Assembly (NCBI GenBank): GCA_016784145.1
Contig: JADHVF010000001.1
Span: forward strand, 90,367-154,366
Reading direction: 5' to 3'
Source of the DNA: Patescibacteria group bacterium
GTDB taxonomy: Bacteria > Patescibacteriota > Patescibacteriia > UBA2591 > UBA6264
Length of the DNA: 64,000 nt
The position numbers were made by a program, and so were the translations under genes. Numbering within the stretch: position 1 is the stretch's first letter; each line of letters begins with the position of its first letter. The notes beneath the pieces were generated by a model. That model searched no databases, was not told where the DNA came from, and saw only the letters and a list, made by a program, of their open reading frames with translations. Shown piece after piece: positions 36,844 through 47,800 of this stretch.

Positions 36844-37335
36844 ATGAAAAAAAATAAAGAAATAAAAACTACCTTAAAACGCAAGACCTCTATTCATAAA
36901 GCTAAAAAAAATAAAACAACTAAAGAAACAGATATACAAAAAGTTGTTAATCATTTTTTTTATAGCAAAGGAATAAATTTAGAACAAATAAAAAAAGATT
37001 GTAAGAAAAGAAAAATAATATATTCTCGTTTTACCAGGCCAGCTAAACAATTATTAGAATTAGCTGGTTCTTTAAAAAAATCAAAACAAGCAATTGATAA
37101 AATTTCACAATGGGCAAAATCAAGAAACCTTGATTATTCTATTGAAACAATCTTTAAAAAATGGCTCGAATTAGATAAATTAAAACCAAAAGAAATTGTT
37201 AAAAAACCATTTTATCAAGGAAACCCAATGATATGGAGTCAATCAAAAAAGGCCTGGTTTGTAATAGTTGATGATAATGAGTGGCGCGAATTTGCAGGAG
37301 AAGAAAAAGATATTAAATGGAAAAAGATAAAATAA
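36844..37335 (+). CDS. Basic hypothetical protein
   Basis: 163-aa ORF with operon spacing between lemA and fmt. Confidence 0.75.
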   Translation: MKKNKEIKTTLKRKTSIHKAKKNKTTKETDIQKVVNHFFYSKGINLEQIKKDCKKRKIIYSRFTRPAKQLLELAGSLKKSKQAIDKISQWAKSRNLDYSIETIFKKWLELDKLKPKEIVKKPFYQGNPMIWSQSKKAWFVIVDDNEWREFAGEEKDIKWKKIK

Positions 37336-37348
37336 ATTTTATAATCTA

Positions 37349-38290
37349 ATGAATAAAAAATATAAAATTGTTTTTTTTGGTACACCTGAATTTGCTGAAA
37401 TAATATTAAAAAAATTAATTAAAACAAAATTCAAACCAATAGTAACTATCACTTGTCCTGATAAATTAATTGGTCGGAAGCAAATTTTATCCCCATCTTT
37501 GACTAAAAAGATAAGCATTAATAATAAAATTGATGTTTGGCAACCAAAATCTTTAAACAATAATGATAAAATTACAAATAAATTATTAAAAATTCAGCCA
37601 GATTTATTCATTGTAACAGCTTATGGGCTAATTCTACCTAAAAAAATTTTAGATATACCAAAATATGGATGTATTAATATACATCCATCTCTTTTGCCAA
37701 AATATAGAGGTGCCTCCCCTATTCATCAATCTATTCTCTCTTTAGACAAACAAACAGGAGTTAGTATTATTCTTATGGATGAAAAAATGGATCACGGCGA
37801 TATAATTATTCAGCAAGAAATTGAAATTAAATTAACTACTTATAAAGAATTATCTAAAAAATTAGCAAACATAGGAGCTGATTTATTAATTGAAATTTTA
37901 CCAAAATGGTTTAAAAATAAATTAAAACCAATTCCACAAAATCATCAACAAGCAAGCTTTACATATAAAATAAAAAAAACAGATGGGAAAATTAATTGGA
38001 ACCAATCTGCTAAAAAAATTGAAGCGAGTATTAGGGCCTATAATCTTTGGCCTAATTCATATACTATTTTAGATAATAAAATTTTAAAAATTATTGAAGC
38101 TAATATTTTAAAAATTAAAAAAAGAGAGCCCGTGGGTAAAGTTTTTTTATCTAAAGATAAAAAAATATGTGTTAGTTGTCAAAAAAACGCTTTAATTCTT
38201 GAAAAAATACAAATACAAGGAAAGAAAATAATAACATCTAGGGATTTCTATAATGGTCACCCTGATATTATTAATTTTGTTTTGTTATAA
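37349..38290 (+). CDS. fmt: Methionyl-tRNA formyltransferase
   Basis: FFGTPEFA, AYGLILP, INIHPSLLPKYRGASPI, MDHGDI. Confidence 0.96.
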   Translation: MNKKYKIVFFGTPEFAEIILKKLIKTKFKPIVTITCPDKLIGRKQILSPSLTKKISINNKIDVWQPKSLNNNDKITNKLLKIQPDLFIVTAYGLILPKKILDIPKYGCINIHPSLLPKYRGASPIHQSILSLDKQTGVSIILMDEKMDHGDIIIQQEIEIKLTTYKELSKKLANIGADLLIEILPKWFKNKLKPIPQNHQQASFTYKIKKTDGKINWNQSAKKIEASIRAYNLWPNSYTILDNKILKIIEANILKIKKREPVGKVFLSKDKKICVSCQKNALILEKIQIQGKKIITSRDFYNGHPDIINFVLL

Positions 38291-38296
38291 TTTTTT

Positions 38297-38614
38297 TTAT
38301 TCCAACTTTTCAGGTGAATCATCTGAAAAATCTTCTGAATCCGAAGGAATATTTTCAGATGATGAAGGAATATTTTCAGAAAACTCTGGGGCAGATGGCT
38401 GTACTGGAGTTTTTTCTTCTTCTGTCTTGGTTGGCAGAGAAGGTTCTTTAGCTACAATTGGTAAATTTTTTTCTCCTTTTAATGACAAAAAAAGCAAAAT
38501 TAAACCAATTAAAGCGATTCCAATAATAATCAAATAATGAATATCAAGAAAGAGTAATACGATTGCAATTAAAAGAAAAATTATTCCAATTATTAGGTTA
38601 ATTTTTTTGTTCAT
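38297..38614 (-). CDS. Small two-TM protein with an acidic, low-complexity tail
   Basis: Two hydrophobic helices; SENIPS occurs twice in the tail. Confidence 0.75.
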   Translation of the reverse strand: MNKKINLIIGIIFLLIAIVLLFLDIHYLIIIGIALIGLILLFLSLKGEKNLPIVAKEPSLPTKTEEEKTPVQPSAPEFSENIPSSSENIPSDSEDFSDDSPEKLE

Positions 38615-38692
38615 ATTTCTTAAAATAATTATTTAATTAAATATCGACTTTTATTTTCTAAATTATAACAATTTTATTTGACTAAAACAAGC

Positions 38693-40618
38693 TTATTCAT
38701 CAAAAAACCATTCTAAAAGCTCTTTGGCAACCGGAACAGCTACTTTGCTCCCTTCTCCCCCGTTTTCTATCAAAACAACAAAAGCTATCTCTGGATTTTC
38801 ATATGGAGCAAACCCAATAAACCATGCGTGTGGCTCTTTATCTCCTCCAACCTGAGCTGTACCAGTTTTGCCAGCCACATTTATTTTAAGTGTAGATAAT
38901 CTTTTAGCACTCCCGGTTGTGACAGCTCTTCTTAGCCCTGTTTTTATTAATTCAATGCTTTCTTGAGATACAAAATTTTGTCTTAAAATTTTTGGAGATA
39001 TTTGTTGATTTGTTTGATTAGCTTGTGCTTGTATTTCTTTAACCAAAGACGGTTCAAACAATGTGCCATTATTTGCTATAGCAGAAATATAATTAACTAC
39101 TTGAATTGGAGTAACTAAAACATCTCCTTGTCCTATTGAAACATGATAAGTATCTCCAATATACCATTGTTCTTTTTTTACTGCTTGTTTCCATTCTGGA
39201 TTTGCTATTAAGCCAGCCCTTTCAGTTGGTAAATCAATATTTGTTAGTTGATTTAATCCAAATAAATTAGTATAAAAATGTATTTTATCAATACCCAACC
39301 CGTTAAATTTTTCAAAACCGCCTCCAATATAATAAAAAAATGTATTAACTGATTCTGATAATGCTTTTATAACATCTGTATATCCATGCCCTCCTTTTTT
39401 CCAGTCAGCAAAAAACCATTTATCAACATTTATTCCTCCGGTAGAATAAATTAATGTTCTCCCGCTAATTACTTCTTCTTCAAGAGCTCCAATTGCAATA
39501 ATTGGTTTTATAATTGATCCAGATGGATATTCTCCAGCTATTGCTCTAAAAACAAGTGGTTTATCTGGGTTATTAATAATGCTCTCATATTTTATTTTGT
39601 CAGAATCAATAAAAATATTATTATCATAACTAGGCCAGCTAAACATCGCTAAAATTTGACCATTAGATGGATTCATTGCTATTATTGTGCCAGCTCTACT
39701 TTTGTTTTTTTTAATATGTTTTATTAAAATTTCAGATATTTTCCTTTGCAATTCAGCATTTATTGAAAGAACTATATTTTGCCCTGAAATAGATTTTTCT
39801 TGAAAAATTATATTTTTTTCTTTACCCAAAGAATCAACTTCTATTTTTTTTCTGCCATATTTACCTTTTAAAACATCTTCGTAATACAATTCTATTCCCG
39901 TCTTCCCTATATTATCTGTAATTAAATAATCTGGATACTTGGTTAATTCAAGTTTGTTTAATTTACCAACATATCCCAAAATATGAGAAAAATTTGCTGG
40001 CATTAAATAATAACGTTGACTACTTGGCTCAAGTAAAATGCCTTGCAAATTATTGACCACTAGCATTAATTTCATTGCATTTAAATGACTTAAATTATTT
40101 TTGAGAATAACTTTATTATATGAATATGTATTTAAATTTTCAAAAATTTTAATTTGTTCTTGGGTGGATATTTCAAGTTCCTCCATCTTTTTATTCAAAG
40201 CATTGATAATGGTTGCCTTGATTAGCTCGTCTTTTGGCAGGTCTCCGGGCACTACAATTAATGAAAATTTTGGAATATTTTCTACTAATAAATTAAGATT
40301 TGAGTCATAAATAAGCCCTCTATCTGGTTTTATTTTAGTTATTCTAATTCTATTCCCTTCTGCAATATTTTCATATTTATTTCCTAAAACAATTTGTAGC
40401 CAAGTAATTCGCCCAATAATAATTAAAAAACAGAAGATAAATAAAAAATAGAGCCAATAAATTCTACTATTTTTAATTGGCTCAACCAAAGTTGATGCAT
40501 CCATGCTTTCTTGGTTGGTTGAGGTGTAGTCAAACTCTACTGGATTATATGAAGATTTTTCTATTTTATTATCTCTAATACTATTATCTTTTAATTTTAT
40601 TGAAAACAAATCTTTCAT
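38693..40618 (-). CDS. mrdA: Penicillin-binding protein 2
   Basis: RGLIYD, SIIK (SxxK), SVN (SxN), KTGTAQ; downstream of mreC/mreD. Confidence 0.95.
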   Translation of the reverse strand: MKDLFSIKLKDNSIRDNKIEKSSYNPVEFDYTSTNQESMDASTLVEPIKNSRIYWLYFLFIFCFLIIIGRITWLQIVLGNKYENIAEGNRIRITKIKPDRGLIYDSNLNLLVENIPKFSLIVVPGDLPKDELIKATIINALNKKMEELEISTQEQIKIFENLNTYSYNKVILKNNLSHLNAMKLMLVVNNLQGILLEPSSQRYYLMPANFSHILGYVGKLNKLELTKYPDYLITDNIGKTGIELYYEDVLKGKYGRKKIEVDSLGKEKNIIFQEKSISGQNIVLSINAELQRKISEILIKHIKKNKSRAGTIIAMNPSNGQILAMFSWPSYDNNIFIDSDKIKYESIINNPDKPLVFRAIAGEYPSGSIIKPIIAIGALEEEVISGRTLIYSTGGINVDKWFFADWKKGGHGYTDVIKALSESVNTFFYYIGGGFEKFNGLGIDKIHFYTNLFGLNQLTNIDLPTERAGLIANPEWKQAVKKEQWYIGDTYHVSIGQGDVLVTPIQVVNYISAIANNGTLFEPSLVKEIQAQANQTNQQISPKILRQNFVSQESIELIKTGLRRAVTTGSAKRLSTLKINVAGKTGTAQVGGDKEPHAWFIGFAPYENPEIAFVVLIENGGEGSKVAVPVAKELLEWFFDE

Positions 40619-41148
40619 GATTTATGAAAATTAAATTTTGTCATTTTTAAAACAAAAATCATAAAAACAACTAAAAACCCTTGCAAAAATAACAATAAAA
40701 AAATATTAGATATATAAATTTCATTAATATTAATTTTTGTTTCTAATAAATTAAAAAAATAATAGATGTAATTAAGCCCTAAAAAAAATATTTGCCAAAC
40801 AAAACTCATTAAAAATCCAGTAATAAAAATATTTAAAGAACTTGATAAATTTAATTTTTGAACAATAAATTTATAACTAATACAGGCACTTAAAAATAAT
40901 GACAAAAACATTAATCCTTTTGGAAAAATAGAATATATGTCTAACAAAATTCCAGCCCAAGCAAAGAATATCAATAGATTATAAGGAATATTTTTATTAG
41001 ATGGCATTTTGATTGAATATATTATCGCCAAGACAATAATTAAAACAAAAACTAAAGAAATGTCTTTAAATATAAATGTTAAAGATAAATTTAATACAAA
41101 AAAAATTAAAATTAGTAAAAGAATTGAAAAAAATTTAAAAATTTCCAT
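40615..41148 (-). CDS. mreD: MreD-like rod-shape membrane protein
   Basis: Multi-TM, AGILLD motif, located between mreC and mrdA. Confidence 0.65.
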   Translation of the reverse strand: MEIFKFFSILLLILIFFVLNLSLTFIFKDISLVFVLIIVLAIIYSIKMPSNKNIPYNLLIFFAWAGILLDIYSIFPKGLMFLSLFLSACISYKFIVQKLNLSSSLNIFITGFLMSFVWQIFFLGLNYIYYFFNLLETKININEIYISNIFLLLFLQGFLVVFMIFVLKMTKFNFHKS

Positions 41149-41152
41149 ATGT

Positions 41153-41884
41153 TTATTTTGGAAGTATAATAGAAGCTATCCTAAAATTCTTATTAAAAAA
41201 AGATTTTATAATTATATCCTTAAAAATAGTGCTCGTATTTTCATTTATTGCATCTATTTTTCCAATAATTATACCTCTTCTAATATTTTCTTGTAACCCA
41301 GAAGTAATAATAAAATCATCAATATTTACTTTTTTATTTGATGGAACATATTCTATTTTTATGGTTGATTCATACTGCCCCTTGATAATTCCTGACACAA
41401 TATTGTTTGTTTGTTCATTATCATTAACATTGCTTAAAATATCTGCTGAAATTAAAGACCTATAGTCAAATATTGGCATTAAAAATGAATAATAATCCGT
41501 TGTTTTGTATATTTTACCTATCAAAAACCCTCTGGCATCAACAACTGCTAGCCCGTTGATTACCCCATCATTTTTTCCTTTATCTAATAATGTCCAGTTG
41601 GAATCAACTCCTATTTTTCTACCGATAACGTTAGTTAAAATAAATTTATCTTTTGATTTCTCAAGAAAATTAAGATGTTTTCTTAAAATTTGATTTTCAT
41701 TTTGAAATATTTTAATTTGAGTTTTTTCATCACAAATATTATTATCAAGATTGTTTTGAACTAAAGAAAAAGAAAAAAATCTTTGTAAAGGGCTTAAAAG
41801 AAAATAAAAAACATTTTCTCCTTTAAAGAGAAAAATGAAAAAAAATAAAACAATAATAATTAAAAATATTATTTTTTTTATCAT
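41153..41884 (-). CDS. mreC: Rod shape-determining protein MreC
   Basis: ENQILR, LDKGKNDGV, LIGKI, IITSG, GIIIG; ATG 41884. Confidence 0.88.
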   Translation of the reverse strand: MIKKIIFLIIIVLFFFIFLFKGENVFYFLLSPLQRFFSFSLVQNNLDNNICDEKTQIKIFQNENQILRKHLNFLEKSKDKFILTNVIGRKIGVDSNWTLLDKGKNDGVINGLAVVDARGFLIGKIYKTTDYYSFLMPIFDYRSLISADILSNVNDNEQTNNIVSGIIKGQYESTIKIEYVPSNKKVNIDDFIITSGLQENIRRGIIIGKIDAINENTSTIFKDIIIKSFFNKNFRIASIILPK

Positions 41885-41891
41885 AAAAAAA

Positions 41892-44207
41892 TTATTCTGA
41901 ACCAGGAGTTGAAGTCGTGTTACCTTCTTCAATGACTGGAGTTATTGATGATGTGTTTCCAATTATTGGACCATCTTCATATATTTCTCCAACCAAAATC
42001 TCTATTACATCTTCCCATTTAAACCCTAGCATTTCAAATATTTCTCCTGATTGAAAAGCTCTTTTTTTATTATCTTCAATAAAATAAATACCTGAACTGT
42101 TAGGATATTTAATCAAAGTCCCATTTAATCGTCCGCTTATGATATCGCCATCCTCATAAACTTCATTGATGGGAATTTCTATTACGTCTTCCCATTTAAA
42201 TCCTATCATCTCAAATATTTCTCCTGATTGAAAAGCTCTTTTTTTATTATTTTCAATAAGATAAACTCCCGGACTATCAGGATACTTAATCAATGTATTA
42301 TTAGGTCTTCCTTGTATTTGAACAATGAATTGGAAACTATTTATTAACATTTCAAAACAGGTTTTGAAATTTGATTTTTTTTCTATACCAATGTTATAAG
42401 AAATTGCATAGACCCTATCCTCTTTAGCAGTATATATTGTTAATTTTTCAGGATTCCATATAGCTGGTTGATTGTCTATAATTGTCTCAAATAATAATTC
42501 TTCTGCAATGTCTGGAGATTGTCTTAAATACCATTCTTTTGGAGATAATTTTTCTAAATTATTTTCCACTGTGATGCTAAAAAATTCTCCAGTATTAGTA
42601 ATCACTAATACTTCTTGATTAGCTGTTTCTGGCAATGCTCTGGCCAACCATGAACTTGGATAGAAAAAACTATAGGAATAAGTTGGGTTGGTATAAACAT
42701 TAATTAACCCAGAACTGGCAAGTTGTGCTTCTCCAGAATTTAATGGGTGCATTAATGTAAGAACCTCTTGTCCATCAGGGTTTCCGTCACCATCAGTGTC
42801 AGGATTATTTATTTGAGTTGTAAAAATATTTTCTTCTATATTAGTTAATCCATCATTATCTGAATCAATGCTTAGAGGGATATTTGGAGCAATTTGGAAT
42901 TTCTCAATTTTTGGAGTTGTTTTATCCTTGGCAACTAGAATAGCAAAAATTTTTGAAGGCAAAATATCAAAATTAATAGATAACGTATTCTTATTCGTGT
43001 CCAAAATAGATTCAAGAGGTGTCCATAGATTATCTTTAAAATATCCTAAAACTAAGTGCTCTTCCCAATCAGCATTAATAAATTCTTGATTATATGATAT
43101 TTTTAGTCTAACTGACTCAGAAAAAACAAGTGAAAAATCATTTGGCTCAATATTAAAATTATAGATGGTTTCAATAACCTTGTATGAAGATTCTTCTACC
43201 AAAAATTCTTGCTGTAATTTATTTGTCCATAATTGAGATGTAATATTCATTTCAAATGTAGTATTCTCATTAATTGCTCCGGCTGGCAAATAAAATTCAA
43301 TTTCTGCAATTTTTTTGTTTTCATTATTAACCGCCTCGGTTGTAATTATTTGTTCTGCTGATAAAACCTCTTCAATTATCGATTCTTCCTCTATTGGCTG
43401 TTCTTCTTCTTTAATTGTCTCTTCTGCTTGTTCTTCTTCTTTTACCTCTCCTTCTGTTGGCGCTGGCTCTGCTTGTTCTTCTTCTTTTACCTCTGTTTGT
43501 GGTTGAGGTTGTTCTTGAACTGATTGATAATAATTATTCATCCACATAAAAAAACCAAAGCCACCGCCACCAAGTAGTAAAATAATTAAAATTACAAAAA
43601 TTATTATATTTTTCTTTTTCTTTCTTTTTTTCTTTTTTGGTTTAAATTTTTTAAATTTACCGGGCATTGTATAAACCTTTCCCTTAGAAGATGCTCCTTC
43701 TTGGGCTGCTTTTTCAATAATTTCTTTTTTAGCTAACTCAGGCGTTTCAAATTCCTCTTGTTTTGTATCAATCTTCTGGAGCTGAGGAGCTGGAACTGAA
43801 CCAGCCGGCTTTGGGGCTGGTTGAGGCACAGAAGTTGGCTGAGGAGCAGGAACTGAACCAGCCGACTCAGGGGCTGGTTGAGGAGCAGGAGTTGGCTGAG
43901 GAACTGGAACCGAACCAGCCGACTCAGGGGCTGGCTGAGGAGCAGGAGTTGGCTGAGGAGCAGGAACTGAACCAGCCGACTCAGGGGCTGGTTGAGAAGC
44001 AGGAGTTGGCTGAGGAACTGGAACCGAACCAGCCGACTTTGGGACTGGTTGAGGAGCAGGAGTTGGCTGAGGAGCAGGAGTTGGCTGAGAAACAGGAGTT
44101 GGCTGAGGAACTGGAACCGAACCAGCCGGCTTTGGGGCTGGTTGAGGAGCAGGAGTTGGCTGAGATTGAGGAGACGAATTATTTGTTTTATTTTTATCTT
44201 CAAACAT
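41892..44207 (-). CDS. Bitopic surface protein: Pro/Gln tandem repeats, TM, Glu-rich stalk, DxDxDG repeats, PsbP-like segment, two C-terminal repeats
   Basis: Domain order read directly from the translation: DSDNDGL, DTDGDG, YTNPTYSYSFFYPSSW, 2x TLIKYP.S.G.Y.IE.NKKRAFQSGEIF. Confidence 0.85.
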   Translation of the reverse strand: MFEDKNKTNNSSPQSQPTPAPQPAPKPAGSVPVPQPTPVSQPTPAPQPTPAPQPVPKSAGSVPVPQPTPASQPAPESAGSVPAPQPTPAPQPAPESAGSVPVPQPTPAPQPAPESAGSVPAPQPTSVPQPAPKPAGSVPAPQLQKIDTKQEEFETPELAKKEIIEKAAQEGASSKGKVYTMPGKFKKFKPKKKKRKKKKNIIIFVILIILLLGGGGFGFFMWMNNYYQSVQEQPQPQTEVKEEEQAEPAPTEGEVKEEEQAEETIKEEEQPIEEESIIEEVLSAEQIITTEAVNNENKKIAEIEFYLPAGAINENTTFEMNITSQLWTNKLQQEFLVEESSYKVIETIYNFNIEPNDFSLVFSESVRLKISYNQEFINADWEEHLVLGYFKDNLWTPLESILDTNKNTLSINFDILPSKIFAILVAKDKTTPKIEKFQIAPNIPLSIDSDNDGLTNIEENIFTTQINNPDTDGDGNPDGQEVLTLMHPLNSGEAQLASSGLINVYTNPTYSYSFFYPSSWLARALPETANQEVLVITNTGEFFSITVENNLEKLSPKEWYLRQSPDIAEELLFETIIDNQPAIWNPEKLTIYTAKEDRVYAISYNIGIEKKSNFKTCFEMLINSFQFIVQIQGRPNNTLIKYPDSPGVYLIENNKKRAFQSGEIFEMIGFKWEDVIEIPINEVYEDGDIISGRLNGTLIKYPNSSGIYFIEDNKKRAFQSGEIFEMLGFKWEDVIEILVGEIYEDGPIIGNTSSITPVIEEGNTTSTPGSE
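41960..42300. repeat. Intragenic 177-bp tandem duplication
   Basis: TCTTCCCATTTAAA at 42010 and 42187; shared CAAATATTTCTCCTGATTGAAAAGCTCTTTTTTTATTAT. Confidence 0.85.
43780..44165. repeat. GC-rich coding tandem repeat (57-bp unit with 18-bp subunits)
   Basis: About six copies of PESAGSVP(A/V)PQPTPAPQPA; DNA unit GGCTGAGGAGCAGGAACTGAACCAGCCGACTCAGGGGCTGGTTGAGGAGCAGGAGTT. Confidence 0.92.
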
Positions 44208-44211
44208 AAAA

Positions 44212-44826
44212 TTATTTTAATTTTTTTATTTCTTCTTGTAAATTAAATAATAAAGCACCTACGTCTGGATTATTTGGGTCTTTTCTGTTTTTTATTTCAT
44301 CTCCGTCAGTATTTCCATCTCCATCAGTATCTTTATTTAAAGGATCTGTTAAATAAATTTTTACTTCTTCATAATCTGATAATCCATCATCATCTGAATC
44401 TATTTTATTTTTATTTGTGCCCAACGCTGATTCTTCTTCGTCTTTAAGTCCATCCCTGTCAGCATCATCGTTGATGTCTTTTTTAATAATTGATTCATCT
44501 TTTTCTTGAACATTTACTTCTGGAGCTGGATTGACTATCGGAATAATAATTTCTGGCTGGTTAGTTTGTTTTAAATTTTTCCAACCATACAATGCTCCCC
44601 CAACAACCATTATTACTATAATTATAAGTATGGTTGGTTTTAAAAATTTTTTCAATAATAATTTTTTTGGCAAAGGATTATCAACATTCACTTGTCTCAC
44701 TTTAATTGGAGATTTGTTCTTGTTAGCCATTAAATCAGCTTCTTGCTTAAATGTCTCTTGATTTGTTTGTTTTTTAGAAGACCTTTCAACTTCTTTAAAA
44801 ATATCTTCTATTTTTTCTTCTGACAT
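44212..44826 (-). CDS. Bitopic protein with bacterial TSP3-like Ca-binding repeats
   Basis: One TM; DADRDGLKDEEE, DSDDDGLSDYEE, DTDGDGNTDGDE. Confidence 0.85.
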   Translation of the reverse strand: MSEEKIEDIFKEVERSSKKQTNQETFKQEADLMANKNKSPIKVRQVNVDNPLPKKLLLKKFLKPTILIIIVIMVVGGALYGWKNLKQTNQPEIIIPIVNPAPEVNVQEKDESIIKKDINDDADRDGLKDEEESALGTNKNKIDSDDDGLSDYEEVKIYLTDPLNKDTDGDGNTDGDEIKNRKDPNNPDVGALLFNLQEEIKKLK

Positions 44827-44853
44827 AAATATAATTTTTTATTTTTTTATAAA

Positions 44854-47800
44854 TTAATTACACGAAGAACAACCTTCTTGATAGAAGAAACAATAATAAT
44901 TAACCATAACTTCATTGGAATATTCCGATGTATTATTAATATTATATGCTTTTATTCTATAATGATAAATATCGCCAGTATTTCCCATAACATTTTCGTC
45001 ATTATATAAATATTCATTAGCTGGAATACTGTCTGTTAGAATTAGCCATGATTCACTGTTGAATTTTCTTTCTAAAATAAAACCCGTTTGTCCATTATCA
45101 CCATAATCTGGCCATAACAAGCGAATCTCTTCATCATCTATTTGACAAAAATTTAATGCAGGAGCAGGCAACAATGTAGTCACTTCTGACTGATTAGAAT
45201 AGCCAGAACTACCACCACTATTATAGGCCTTGACCTTGTAATTATAAGTCATATTTATTCCAAGCCCAGTATCATTATTGTATGAATTTTCATTTACTCC
45301 GAGAGCTACGATTTCTACCCAGCTTGTCCATGTTCCATCAATTAAATCAGCTCTTTCAATTATAAACCCTGTTTCGTTTGTAGAATTATCACTCCATGAT
45401 AAATTTACTTGAGACGAAGATACTGCTAAAGCCGATAAACCGCTTGGAGCAAGTGGGGCCAATGGATGGGTTGTTTCAAAAGCAATGTTTGAATAAGTTG
45501 AATCCCCACCATTATTATAGGCCTTTATTTGATAATGATAAAGAGTATTTGGAGCTAAACTTCCATCAATATATGATGTTACATCATAAGCAACCGTGTT
45601 AATCTCTTGCCAAATAACTCCATCAGAGCTTCTTTCTATTTTAATTCCTGTTTCAGTATCAGCATTGTCTGTCCATGATAATTCTATTTGTGATGAAGAT
45701 ATTACGGTTGCTGATAAATCGCTTGGAGTTGATGGAATATCAATAACACAACTATCATCGCCTACTTGGTGATAGCCATTAATACAATTATCTACCAAAC
45801 AAGTTATTCCACTCCAATTGGGCCAAGCAGGAGGATGAATACTAAAATTGCAATCCCTATGCTGTGTTCCGTCTCCGCAATCAACTTGAGTTCCATATAA
45901 ATCACAATACAAGTCACAAACTTGTGTTTCTGAATTATTGGCAGGTACATCCGGGTTTGTAAAAGCATCTGTACAATGAGCTACTTCACACTGATTGTTA
46001 TAAATTCTATAATAGCCATCAGTTGGATTATAAAGACATTCATTTAAAACACATGACCAATTTTGCCAAAAAGGAGGATGGCTATCAATGCATTCTCTTG
46101 ATTCATCAGCATCTTGAGCATGTTCTTTTAGGGCTGTGCAATCTCTTGTGTCAAAATCCCCTATAGTTCCCCATGTATTTTCATCATCAGAACAATGATC
46201 TAATTCACAAATATTATATGATTGATAAATCCTATAGCCATAATCACATGCTGTAACATAACAAGTCCCCCATGCTCCCCAGTCAGGATTAGGGCAAGAA
46301 TCAAGACAAGTTCTTTCTTGTTCGCCATTTCCATTGGCCATGCCACAATCTCTTGTTTGTGATTGATCAATATCTGTATTTGGAGACACACAATGGTCTA
46401 GTCCACAATAAATACAATCGTTATTGGCTAGTAAACATGTCTGCCCAGGAGTACATCCCCTGTAATCATTATTGCAAGTAGTAGCATAACAACTTCCCCA
46501 TGCTCCCCAGTCAGGCGTTGGTTGAGTTGGGTAATAATCTTCGCAATACCTCTGTTGTTCGCCCTGTCCATTAGCGATTGAACATGTTTGAGCATTAGAA
46601 TCATTAATTTCTCCAGCTGGTGATTGACACTGGTCTAACTGACATGTGTTTTGCCAACCCCGATAATTCTCATTACAAGACCAACTACATTCTCCATCAA
46701 TACATTGAGATGTTCCATTGTCAGGCACATAACAAATATTTCCACAAACATCACAATTGTCAGCAGAGCCACCAATATGAGTTTCGCAACCATTTGAAGT
46801 ATCTTCTTGAAGGTCTCCATTACAATCAGCCCAATCTATCTCACAAGCCCACCCAAAACAAAGAGTAGTTTGATTACAAAAAGCATTTTCTTTAGAATTT
46901 TGATTTTGATCACAAACTTCTCCACATTCCATGATATTATTGCCACAAACAGGAGCTTCTGGCGGACTATATGAAAAATTGGAAATACCTATTTCGTCTA
47001 ATTGAGAAATTATTATATTATCTTCATTACCAGAAATATCTTCTCCTTGCCAAGTAACATATCCATCAGTTGGCTTATATTCAAAATTAGCAGCCCCGGT
47101 ATAATAATCCCCTAAGCAAGCCGAATCTTCTGGAGCATAATATTGATAAACATAAGAGCCATTAGGATGTTCAAAATAAAAAGTATTTGAATTATAACAA
47201 GTATTATTACATTGATAATCAGACGAATCAGTGTCTGATGGACAGCCAGCACAAAATCCATTAAATTCATTAATAGGGTCAATCGGTAGTGTTTGCCCCA
47301 ATAAAGACCCAAAGACATTTTGCCATGAAATCCATTTACTATTTGTTTGCCCCTGGATATAGGTGCCTGATGTTAATTCTGGATAATTTCCTGATGAATT
47401 TTTATAATTTTTTAAATTAGGAATAATTGCTTGCTTAAAGTCATAAATTCTATTTAAATCCCTTTTAATCTGATTCTTGTGATTTTCGTCTTCAATATTA
47501 ACATTAAATCTCCAGTTGCTTAACATTTGATTAAAAATATTTATGGTGTCTGAGCTAGCATTATCATTGCGAGAAATAAGATAAATTCTAGTGTTAATAA
47601 CTGGACTTGTTTCTTCATCCATAACATCAGCTACTCCAACATAAATTGTTCTGCCGTCATTAAGCCCGTTATAGCCATCAATAACTACATTGGTTGGGCT
47701 TCCAGGAGAATAAGCATATTCATTATACCAGTCCAAAACCTTAAAACGTTTAGGATTTTTATATACTCTCAAACCAATCACATCGTCATTCCCTGTTATT

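Noticed and set aside
41960-42300. 177-bp duplication as a diversity-generating retroelement TR/VR pair
   Set aside because: Both copies are in frame in one gene, the differences do not look adenine-specific, and no reverse transcriptase is present.
43733-44246. Three extra ORFs (43733-44203 -, 43763-44209 +, 43992-44246 +) and a CRISPR-like periodicity
   Set aside because: They are shadows of the in-frame 57-bp coding repeat. There are no unique spacers and no cas genes.
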